This document shows positions 37,500-49,200 of a stretch of 64,000 nt of DNA, piece by piece. A program made the translations under genes and the position numbers. Source of the stretch: Gordius albopunctatus (Eukaryota); the NCBI GenBank assembly GCA_964276515.1, contig OZ193909.1, positions 1,116,001 to 1,180,000 on the forward strand, read 5' to 3'. The notes beneath the pieces were generated by a model. The model did not search any database and was not told where the DNA came from. It saw nothing but the letters and a program-made list of their open reading frames with translations. Every line of letters begins with the position of its first letter. The first letter of the stretch is position 1.

Positions 37500-39389
37500 T
37501 AAGGAACCAAAGCTTGGGAAGACCATTTTCGTTCAATTTTATCGGCCCAGCCCTTATTCACTGTAGTGGATATATACAGAGGATTTATCGTTAACTTCAA
37601 AGGCCAACCACCCCTCCACATTGATACGGACCCACCCTATTTATATGAAATTGACAGAGCTATCAAGTCAGTCAAATTCCACAAAGCGGCCGACCCGTCA
37701 GGCCTAACCTCGGAAGCACTCAAAGCCGACCCCCTTATCTCTAGCTCTCTTTTGCACCACTTGTTTCGGAAAGTTTGGACGAAAGAGGTAATACCGGACT
37801 CCTGGACAATAGGTCACTTGATCAAACTTTTCAAAAAAGGTGATCCATCCAATTCCAACAACTACCGGGGCGTGATTATCATTAACCTTGAATCAAAAAT
37901 ATTCATCAAGGTTATTTACAATCGAATTTACAGCGAGGTGGATGAAATAATTAAAAACAATCAAACTGGTTTTAGGAAGTGCCGTACGACGACAGAGCAC
38001 ATAATAACTTTAAGGAACATAATGGATATTTCACGGACAAGCGGTTCCTCCTTGGTTCTTGTATTTTTGGACATCGCTAAAGCTTTTGATTCGCTGTGCC
38101 ATCTATACATTTGGGAAGCACTATGCCTCTTAGGCTTGCCTAAGAAAATAATTCTCATGATCTTTCTACTCTACGAAAACATGAAACTAGTTATCTCCCA
38201 CCTCCACCACAAATTGGAACCCTTACCAGTAACATCTGGGGTCAGGCAAGGCTGTCCGCTGTCTCCTCTCCCCTTTATAATTGCGATGGATCTAATAATG
38301 AAGAGATCCACACTTCCGACAGATGGTATCAAACTAAACGGCACTACTCTATCATCCCTGTTGTTCGCAGACGACATTTGTATAGTGGCCCCTTCTATCT
38401 CCAAAGCACAACTAATGTTAGACAGGTTCAGCATCCAAGCCAAGCAAGCAGGACTGCTCATAAACCCCGACAAATGCTCTATGATATGCATAAACGATCC
38501 CTCGAACTCTACTCTGGTAATCAACAACATCGTAATAAATGCATCTCAAAAAGTCCGATATTTGGAAGTGGAGCTTACTCCAGATACCTACGCCGAAGCG
38601 GATGCCGAATCGAAGCTCCGCCGGACCATGGTCAAATTCTACTCTTGCTCGGTGATATGGCGCCCACGTCAGCTGACGCTCCAGACGCGTTTGAGGATTT
38701 TCAAAGTCACGTTCCTACCAATCATTCTATACGGTTGCGAATCTTGGTCGCTGAAGGCTCCTAGCTTAAAGAAACTGCAAGTCAGTCTTAATAAAATGCT
38801 ACGTATCGTTTGCCGGATATTTTATCCGTTGAGAATAACCAACGAGGATCTATGGGTGCGTTGCAAAATCGCTCCAATTAAAAATATTCTATTCGCGAGA
38901 AAATGGGGTTTTTTGGCTCATCAAGTGCGGAGGAAGGGAACCAACTACTGTCTATCTTCCCTGTTCTGGTGTCCACCTCAGCTAAAAGGTCGCAAATGCA
39001 ATGGCAGCTGGCTTTACAAGGTGTTCCGTGATGTCCAAACAATGGGCCATGATTGGAATTCATTGCTGCCCATCATGCAAGACAGGAAACGTTGGAAAGA
39101 CTTCTCAAAGAACAAATTATTGCGGCTCCCCCAGTAAGGATCTTCTCACGCACTATTCATTTACGACCTTGCATTAATGGCTTTACATTACTTTCAAGTC
39201 AACAGGTATTACATATTTACATGTCATAATTACACTGCATGTTAATCATTTTTTTACAGCCTACTTACACACGTTATCACTAACGTGGCCTGATGCGCCA
39301 TTTGGCGTTAGAAGGGGCTCAACCTTAGATTGCACTAACTAAGCTCTTGGGCGTCTTCGCGGCAAACTTACTTACTTACTTACTTACTT
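37500..39389 (+). mobile_element. 5'-truncated RTE/RTEX-like LINE with an open RT frame and (CTTA)n tail
   Basis: 523-aa ORF 37566-39137 with NYRGV, QTGFRK, FLDIAKAFDS, GVRQGCPLSP, FADD and LYGCESW. The 3' UTR has a CGCCA-tt-TGGCG hairpin and a (CTTA)n tail. Confidence 0.9.
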
Positions 39390-39789
39390 AAGGCCATAGA
39401 CTAAAGTCTATGGTTAAGGCGCTAAACTATGACGGGAAAATGGCACTTCCAAAATTTCAACAATATGTAATAAAAATAATTAGACTTAGCACAGATAAAA
39501 ATCATTTTCTGATTCTTTTGTTTTTATTGAATATAATATCGATATCAAGGTATTGAAAATATTCAAATCTTGTTTTTACAAGATAAAATCATAATCCTGT
39601 CAAACATTAGAAAAGATTGATTACATAAGAGATGGGGCTGGGATTGGAAGAAAAGGAGAAAGATTGATTGTTAGTAAAGGTTCCCCCCCCCCCCCAAATT
39701 CCCGAAACGCCAGAATTCCTAAAATATTACTACGCGCCAAATTTAACATATGTTAAATTGTACTTAATATTATGGAAAACGTGAGAATC

Positions 39790-40860
39790 TCATCTCCGAC
39801 TCATTGTCCAACCTACAAAACATGCATGATAGATATGCTCAAGAAGCAGCCCGAGGAGGCCTGATCATCAATGCAGGAAAATCCACACTACTTGCCCTCA
39901 ACCCGCAACCCAATGCGAGTATCATGAGCCATAATTCTATTATCAAACCCTCGGACCAAGTTAAATACCTTGGTGTGTCTCTGTGCGCGGACAAGTATAC
40001 CACGCTAGATGTCTCAGACAAAATAACAAAGGCTACCATCAGGTTCAAACAATGCAACAGAATTTGGAATTGCAAAATGCTCTCAAGAAACACCAAACTT
40101 CGCCTATACAAAACCTTAATTCTCCCAGTACTCTTTTACGGTTGCGAGACTTGGAACCTCAGGACAAGCTCAATCAAAAACATACAAACAAAGGTGAACA
40201 AAATGTTGAGAATTTTCTGTCAAATATTCTACCCAAGAATAATTAAGAATGAGAATTTATGGTTTCTATGCAAACTTCCCCCGGTAAAACACATGATTTT
40301 GGTTAAAAAGTGGAACTTCTTAGCACACCAGTTTCGGAGAGGCTCCCCCAACCTCTGCATGTCCACTTTACTATGGAGACCCCCACAGTTAGGATACCGG
40401 AAATGCCGTGGTACGTGGACCTACAACACGTCGAGAGAATTAAACGGCATAGTATTTCAACTCGGCCAACTAGACACGATCCTCTTGAACAGGAACGCTT
40501 GGAAAAAAGTTTGTCAACAATCACCTAACCTACAAATTTCCTACCAACACCCCTAAAAAATTGATTACCATCCATAAACCACCAAGCCCTCTTCCCACAG
40601 TCTGACAATATTCAAGCAGGTACCAGTGTGAACCGAACGAGGTAAACTATCCCTTATCTCCAGCAATTGTCGTAGATGGTATGGAAAAAATTTTTTGTTT
40701 TGGTTTTGTCCTTTTGATTTATATAAACCGAGTGTGCTGACTACTGACTTGCAGCACCTCACCTATACTATTGTGACATCAAGTCCAATAGGCCCTCATA
40801 TATATCTCTAAAGATGTAGACTTTCACTCGTCTTAACCCGAGTAAACGTTAAGAAAAAAC
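39790..40860 (+). mobile_element. 3' fragment of a related but distinct LINE family
   Basis: ORF 39804-40556 (GLIINAGKS, VKYLG, LFYGCETW, KKWNFLAHQFRR) is homologous to the C-terminal part of ORF 37566-39137. The 3' boundary is approximate. Confidence 0.8.
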
Positions 40861-40896
40861 GACTGTTAGTCGGGGCGGACCTATGTATGTATGTGA

Positions 40897-41400
40897 ATTA
40901 AAAATATTCTACTCGCGAGAAAATGGGTTTTTTTGGCTCATCAAGTGCGGAGGAAGGGAACCAACTACTGTCTATCTTCCCTGTTCTGGTGTCCACCTCA
41001 GCTAAAAGGTCGCAAATGCAATGGCAGCTGGCTTTACAAGGTGTTCCGCAATGTCCAAACAATGGGCCATGATTGGAATTCATTGCTGCCCATCATGCAA
41101 GGCAGGAAACGTTGGAAAGACTTCTCAAAGAACAAATTATTGCGGCTCCCCCAGTAAGGATCTTCTCATGCACTATTCATTTACGACCTTGCATTAAAGG
41201 CTTTACATTACTTTCAAGTCAACAGGTATTACATATTACATGTCATAATTACACTGCATGTTAATCATTTTTTACAGCCTACTTACACACGTTATCACTA
41301 ACGTGGCCTGATGCGCCATTTGGCGTTAGAAGGGGCTCAACCTTAGATTGCACTAACTAAGCTCTTGGGCGTCTTCGCGGCAAACTTACTTACTTACTTA
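40897..41400 (+). mobile_element. Young 5'-truncated copy of the (CTTA)n LINE with a 16-bp target-site duplication
   Basis: Near-identical to ~38877-39385. ctatgtatgtatgtga occurs at 40881-40896 and 41401-41416. Confidence 0.92.
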
Positions 41401-41719
41401 CTATGTATGTATGTGAGAATCTCTTTGACGCAAAATCTTCAAAACTGTCATATATGATGTTATTTGTATATCATTTTCTACTACAGATTATATTATTGCT
41501 ATAATTATATATTTTAATATTGTAACCAAAATCCGAGTTGGTAATTAACATATGTTTTCATTGTCATCCTAATAATAATATATTTTTCTCTAGTTCCCCA
41601 CCCCGGCCTTAGTACCAATAAAATGATCTTATTATGAGTTGATTATTATTTCTTATTTAAATAAAAACAAAGAAAATATATGTAAGCATTTGTATTCAAG
41701 TGTAAATATATTGTTGTAG

Positions 41720-42293
41720 GGTTTAAAAAACCAAAGAGAAAACTTAATCAAAGTTAAAGAGGGAAAAAATGAACAAATGTATTATAAATGCAGCAATTAC
41801 AGTAAATATCAATGCACAGGAAGGGTTGTGCTTAAATCTAATAATTTTCAAATAACATCAGAACATTCCCTTAATTGTATACAAAAGCATACTCAGCAAA
41901 GTAAAAAATTTATAATTTAACTTAAGTATTTAGTTGTAGAAAATATCTCCATACCCATCGAGGATCAAGAAAGTAAGAGATTTTAGTATTTTTATTTTTT
42001 TTAGATTTAAGTCAAGAAGCAATTTTATTGAACTCATTAGATAATATTGAACAAGCCCTTACACCAGATGTTAATGGAAGTAAGAGATTTGAGTATATTT
42101 TTTAAAATCTTTATTTATTTTAGATTCAAGTCAAGATGCCATATTAAACTCACTAGATGATATTGTAGCAAGTAATTTGACATAATTCAATGTCACATAG
42201 TCAATGTTTAACTATCTTATTTATAAATAGATTCCAACAATGATGCTTTAGATGTCATTGAACAGGCCTGTACACCACGTGTTAATACCCAAA
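41720..42293 (+). CDS. Gene fragment: FLYWCH/WRKY-like zinc-finger exon followed by four symmetric micro-exons
   Basis: Exons 41720-41900, 41940-41972, 42005-42079, 42124-42171 and 42231-42293 join through GT-AG phase-1 introns into one open frame containing YYKCSNYSKYQCTGRVVLKSNNFQITSEHSLNC. Confidence 0.6.
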
Positions 42294-42299
42294 GTAAAT

Positions 42300-42473
42300 T
42301 CCCGCCGGTACCCGTTTTCAAAACTTCAAGGCCCGTCCGAGCCCGCCCGTAATTTTTTTGCAACATTTTAGACCCGTCCGTAAGTTTTTTAGACCCGTTT
42401 AGAGAAAGTTCAGGCCCGCTCAAGCACGTTTAAATTTTTTTAAAAGATCCGTACCCGCCCGTGCAGATCTCTA
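42300..42473 (-). mobile_element. hAT-like MITE end
   Basis: CCCG subterminal repeats ending cccgtgcagatctcta. Confidence 0.55.
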
Positions 42474-43235
42474 GTCTAGACTGCTCATTCCCTTTTAAAA
42501 AGTGTTCCCCATTTTGAAAAGTGAAACATGAATGATGGTAGTAAAATCGGATCAAAATATAACCGATTTGGCGATGGAAATAGGGAAGGGCCGTCAGCGT
42601 GTATACTTTTTCCTATAAGGTCCCCAATTGCGACATTTTATTTAACATTTATCAATGCTTCGCGTATCTACAGAATTTGTCCTTTATCAAACTCTACATT
42701 TTTAAGCAATTATCCAATACAACTTTAATTGAAGCCAATTTAATTACAGTTTAAACTTTCAATAACCCGCCCCTTAATTTCATTCTTTAACCACGTGCCT
42801 ATTTAAGACATTACTAAAATTTTATAGCAAAACAAACATATTAATCTATGTTTCCAAATAACGTCATATAATGTCGGATTATATGACCCGCATTTAGGAA
42901 TCCAATAATTTAATAATTAAAATCACAAGCCTAAAAATATTTAGATATATATAATGTGGTATAAATATAACGGTGAAAAGGATAAAAAGTTGAACGAAGC
43001 AATAAAAAATTGTTGAACAATACAATACGATTTATATTTAACAAATAAAAATATGATATAAATTTCAATATTAAATAGACTTTAAACGATTATAAATTGT
43101 ATCAAAATGGGAAAAAAATAAAACATTTTCGAGATAGTGTTCTAGCAAAATCCATGTAAAAGTTGTATTTCATGCGTTTGAAGTTGCAAAAAGTCGTAAT
43201 TTTTTCAGTAAAATGCTGGGTGGGTGAGTTTGGTC

Positions 43236-46200
43236 TCAAAGTGTATCACAATTATGAGGGATAGTCTGCTGTGGTACCCAAATGACTTTTTGCTGCTCGT
43301 TATTAACGAGCAACATTAAATCTTCGCATATTTTAGTCATCACCACACTAGATGGAATGTAAACTGGCGAGAGAAACAAAAAATCAGAAAAGAATATAAG
43401 AGAATTTATAAATTATTTTTCTAAATTAATTCAAAATTTTGTAATGTGTCGCTTACCACAAACGCTACTCCTAATGTCTTCCCCTAATTTATTGACGCCA
43501 TCTTGAATCCCCTTGCTCTTTTTCAGGTCGTTCATAAAGGTTGTGTCTTCATCTTTAAAATTCATCTCGTAGAACTCTCTAAGGACAAAAAAATCATGGA
43601 AAACGGTTGTAAACAATACAAAAAAAAACAATTTTATCGGGAATGGGGTACAATAAATTATTTACTTGGCAAATTTTGAATTCTTGAATTTAATCAATAT
43701 AATTATGGGGTGAATCTTTAGAAACCGCAACCGTTGCAAGGCTTCGGGATTGATATCCACTACGCAATGCGTTTTCTGCTAAATTATCCAATAACAACTA
43801 ATTAATACAAAAACCCCTAAAAGGAGACAATTGTAATATAAACATTAGCAAATCTCTGTGATTTTATATTGGCGGCTGGGCTTAATTTCGTCTATTTTTC
43901 TTGTCGAAATTTAAAAAAAGACCACAATGTAGTGTGTTAGTCTTAACTAAACCACAGAGCCGTTTTTACAGCCCTAGCTTGAAGTAAAAGATAAAAAATG
44001 AATTTTAAAAACGAGAAAGTAGCAACTTAAAATCATATGAAACATAAACAATTAATTAAAAGTTTCACATCAAACTAGACAAGTTGGCTAGTATTTAATA
44101 AAATGTATTAAATTCGTTTAATGTTTATTAGTAGTACGCTTTGATTGAGTTGCTTGATATTATCGTAAGTCAGGTACTCGTAATGATTTCCCGCCCGCTT
44201 ATAATCGAAAAATATGTTATCGGCCAAGCCTTGTTCCATCATTTTCGAAGATCCCTTCATAATTTCTAACCACCAAAACGCAAAAAATCCAAATTAATTA
44301 AAATTGCAAATTCATCGATATATAAATAAATAAATAATTCATGGTTAACCTACCATGTTCGCATCGACTAAATTTTTCTGGCCAAAGTTCAATCATCTTT
44401 TCCGTAATTTCATTCACGAAAGGTCCGTACACCACGAGAGGTCTCTGATGTTTAACTAATAAAAATAATATGTAGTCAAAATACTGATTAATTGCTCGTT
44501 ATAAAATTAATATTAAAACATTATAGCAGATAATACAAATCTTTTTTCATTAATTTCACCGCAAGAGTTATAGTTTTTTGATGAATTAATTCGATAGCTA
44601 GAAACTTTTAAGGAAAAAAACATAAAAAATCAAGATGGAGACAATATTGTGAAAAATGTGACAAAAATGTTACAAACCAGTAAAACGCGCCCAATTACCC
44701 AAATGAAAATAGTTCAAAAATTATTACAATATCTGAGTGATCCTTCGAAAAAGAGTAACCCACAAGTTTAATTTGGAATATCGCTTTTTAATGCTCTTTA
44801 AGACGCATCTTATCGATAAAAATACGGGGTTCTTACCATCTAAACGATCCATTTTTCGGTAGAAATTTTTTGGGTTTTCTTTCCCGTACCCATACAACAG
44901 CTGCTCCTGATGAGACCCGTGCCCGGGGTTTGAGTTCGAGGGAGCAGCCATGTGCAAAAGTTTGTGAAAATTGTTGGCCAATTTACTTTTTTTACCCACG
45001 GTCTGACTTCTCAAATGCACGGTTCCCCCCAAAAATGTGATTCTCTTAGAGCTAATAGATCCCCAATTCCCAACACCCTGATGTTGGTTGTTCCAGCACT
45101 CTTTGGCGCCCCCGAGACGGATGCTGCTAAGGTCGGTGGCAAGTTCGTCTTCGAGCAAATTTTCAGAAGAAAAGGGTCTGTAACTCGGTTTGCTACGTGG
45201 CGAAGGATTGGCCAAATCCTTAGGGTTGCGAGGTGGGAGATTGTAACTCTCTTCGAGCCTATCACCAAAATCAAAGAATGTCACACCACTCATATAATCT
45301 CGTAATCGATTCGTAAAAATTAAACCCAATCAGCGGTCATTAGCTAATCTATTTGCGAAGGCAAAATACGGCCATCGAAAAACCCGTTCAAGTTTCAACG
45401 GCAATTATCAAAATTAATTAATCTATATATATAAAAGTCACCGGAAAAGTGGATTTTCTCATCTGTAAAGCTTCAAACACTTACTTGTATTTGCTCGGTA
45501 TTAGACCGGATTCTATGGAATTCCCAGCCTGATCCAATATTCGAGCCCGCCAAAATCCCAATTTGCCCGCGTGCATGGTGTCGTCAACGTGGAGCATGTC
45601 GCCTCGTCTAAATTTAAGAAGGGCCACATCCAAAAATCCTTCGATTCCGGCTGGACCTGGCTCCGTGTTATCGAATAATGCTTTCACGTAAAACGAATCC
45701 CCACCACTAGATCCTTGAAATATTTGTAATAGAGTTTTATATATCATAAATTTTTTAATATTAGTAATAATCCGACATACTAGATCTTTTCTAAAAATTT
45801 TGCTTATACCAAGCCAAAGGTTTGGTGTCACATTTATTAGGACATTTAGCAAAATACTATGTCAATAATATATGGAGCAGGCCAATATTTTATTATCAAA
45901 ATTGTTATATCTTTAACGTTATTAAGCACAAATTTATGGTTAGTTATAAAAAAAGGAAATTTATTATTTCAAATATAAGATAGGAGATTTCTATAAAAAG
46001 ATCCACATGATACAGGAGTAAAAAGTTTAATAGTAAATGAAGACACTATAATGCCAAAAGCTATTCAAGGGGCAACACGACTGACCGTTAATTTTTTGGG
46101 TTTCCATAAATTTTGGTATATTGTGTTGGACCAGCAAATCGACCACGTCGTATTTATTGAGCTCCAAGGCAGCTTCCTCAGCGGTAAAACTTCTAACGTC

Positions 46201-49200
46201 CGTCCCATTAATCTAAAATCATATTGATCAAAGAATGAGGAGTTGCGTTAATTGCACCAAAACGAATAATATCTCAAAACTTTTCTTTTTTGCGAGAAGA
46301 ATTCGAGCTTAGTATACGACGATGGGTGTATGTAGTAAAGTAATGTTGTAAAAAGCTCTGGTTCAACTGAGACTAACGACCGATTCAACAAAAAAGACAA
46401 AAATTCTGTGGTCCGTTTTTAAAATTTGGACTAAGCCAGGAGGTTGATTAGGAAAAACAGAGGAAAAACCTTTGGTCCTTTACTCTTAGTTGAAGCAAAT
46501 GTCGATTAAACAAAGCCCTGGTCTTTTTATAACACGAATGCATATTTGGTTACTTCTAAGATATGATCGCCCCTCATAAGCCCGACCCGATTTAGGGCTT
46601 CATCGGGAAATTCTTTGACGAATATTCCGCACGCGTTGCCTCCAATCAACTGGATCCCGAAACTAAGTGACGATTTGGGACACGGAGAGCGACGGTAAGT
46701 CGAAAATGGAGGAGTGTCATACTTTTGAATGGTTACTATCCTGGGTCGCGGTAGGTAGTAGTAAGGGTTGGCATTGGCCGATATGCATCCCAATGGCGTC
46801 AGTTTGAGCTCTCCTTTTCCGCCATTTATTATATCGTCGAGTCGACGATTGGGTTGGTTTTTGGAACGAAGTGTTAAGGTATTGTAACCGACACCAGTCA
46901 TATCATTAATTTCCTCGTTTTTATTAGGTAGAGACCTAAGTATCAAAAGTTGATTTTAAAATTATCTGTTTTATAAAAGATTGAACATCGATGTTGGCAA
47001 ATTAAAAAAAAATATATTACTTTTATCTAAGTGGAAATTAATATCGATAAATAACCTAGCCTAAGAATCAAGCACGGCTAACACCCGAGACTTTTAGGTT
47101 GAATTCAAACTAGCGGCCATCTTGAAAATTATTTTCACCTCTATATATTGCTTAAAGCTCCCTAAACTCTTGTTTATTTTAAAATTCAATTAAAGGGAGG
47201 AACATAGATCCTATCACCTAATTACTACTATTCCACACGGGAAAATTTCTAAGTCAATAATTGAAAATATCATAAATTTGCATTCAATACCACGAAACGT
47301 GATTGCCGCTATAGGGTTCGGGTTGGGTGGCGCTGCCGGTTAGGGTTGATTGATAATGCGGTAGCATCCAAGATCTCTTTTTCTTGCAAGGCTCGTGTTG
47401 TTGCAAAGGCATTTGATCCATCTCGGGGGCCATCTTGAAATTGTCTTGGACCAGCGGGTCTATCACGTGATCATCGGGGGTGGTCACGTGATCGACGCTG
47501 CTTTCGTCGCAATCAGTTTTATACTTGATGGGCGGCGAGGCGGACGTACGGTTTTCCGCTTCTCCCAAAAAATATTCTAAAAACGACACATAGAAAACGC
47601 ACAATTTTTATGGGTAAACTGCATTACCTAATAAACGTTTACAAAATATTTTAGGATTTTAACGAAACAAGGTATACATAAAGGACCTAAGATAAATCTA
47701 CTTGAATTAATGGATGGGGGGGGGGCTTGAACACTCTAAACCCCGTTTATGCTTTACCAACTAACGTATCTCCTCCTTCTACTTGCAACTACACTTTATG
47801 AACAACTTTCGGCCCTTTTTTAAACTAATCTCAACTATGCTCTATATCGAGAAGCGATAAAAATTATATCAAGAAAAACTGTTAGAAAGTTCAACCCATA
47901 GTCAAACAAACTCGTTCACTTGATCCTTTTAATTAAATACATTGGTGCAAAAGACAATGGTGGATGTTTAGTAAATAATGGAAAAAATCAAAGTTTGTTT
48001 AACTTCACGACAAATTCTGCTACATACACAAGATCTAAGCCTTTAAAATTTTTTAACAAATAAGCAAACTCTCGGGAAAAAGCAGACTATTTTCTAAATC
48101 TAAATTAGCTATAAGCAGAAGATAATATCGCGAAGGCAAAACAAATAAAAAATAAACATACTTTCTGTTTTGTGCAATAACTTTTAATTAATATCGTTCA
48201 GTATAATATTTTAATTTTTTGATTGTAATCGACAGAGTATTCAGATATCAAGTAAATTATTTCCTACCTATTAAATATACCTTTGTAACCCTTATTTTAA
48301 AAATGTTTTCTCCTCAAAATATTAAGTCTTATCATCTATTAATTCAGGAATACTTATTTTGCTAACGCTCACGGGGAACCCCTTTAACTTAACCCCACTC
48401 ATGAGTTCACATGTATATATATATTGAGATCTTACTATCGGGATTGTATTGGACGAGAATAGTCATGTGCTGTCCACAATTTCGAAGCACATTAGCGGCT
48501 AAGGGGTATGTGGCATTTCTAAGGTTGATGCCACAAACCTCGAGCATCTGATCCCCAACCTGCAGACCAGCCAGGTATGCGAGTCCGTGCACGCTCACCG
48601 AAGATATAAATATGCCGCGTAGCGCTTGAGCTCCACCCGCGCCCCCGCTTTGATATCGACTCAAAACGTTGACGCTGTTGGAACTCGTAGCGCTTATGCT
48701 GTGGCTATGTTCCACGCATTCGATTTGAATGCCCAATGGCTCGGTACTTTTGTCGATGACTATGGTCCTAACCTCGCCTACCTTAGGACGCATGAGGGGG
48801 ACGGAGGAAAAGCTAGCTGCGTCGTTTAGTTCTGGGTTTGGAGGCGTTTGACAAAGGTTAGTTAGCGCGCTGTGCGATGCATCAGAACTAGTTTCATCAT
48901 AGGTTGGCAAGCTTGGTTTATTGTTATTTCTTCGAGTCAAAGTGGAGTTGTATTTATAATCGGTATAATCTCCCCCATTTTCCTTTTGCATAATTGAACT
49001 TTGGTTAGAAAAGGATCCAGATCTCGTATCGCCAAAGTAGGGAGATACTTGACGTTTAAACGCTATCTTATCGTTAGCAAGTATAGTTTGATAAGAGGGA
49101 ATCGAACTGATCGCTTTAGGAGTTTCTGGCACAACAAAAGGTTGTTTTTTAATAAAAGCAACTTCTTCTTCACATTCGTCGAAAGATGAATCTTGAGGGG

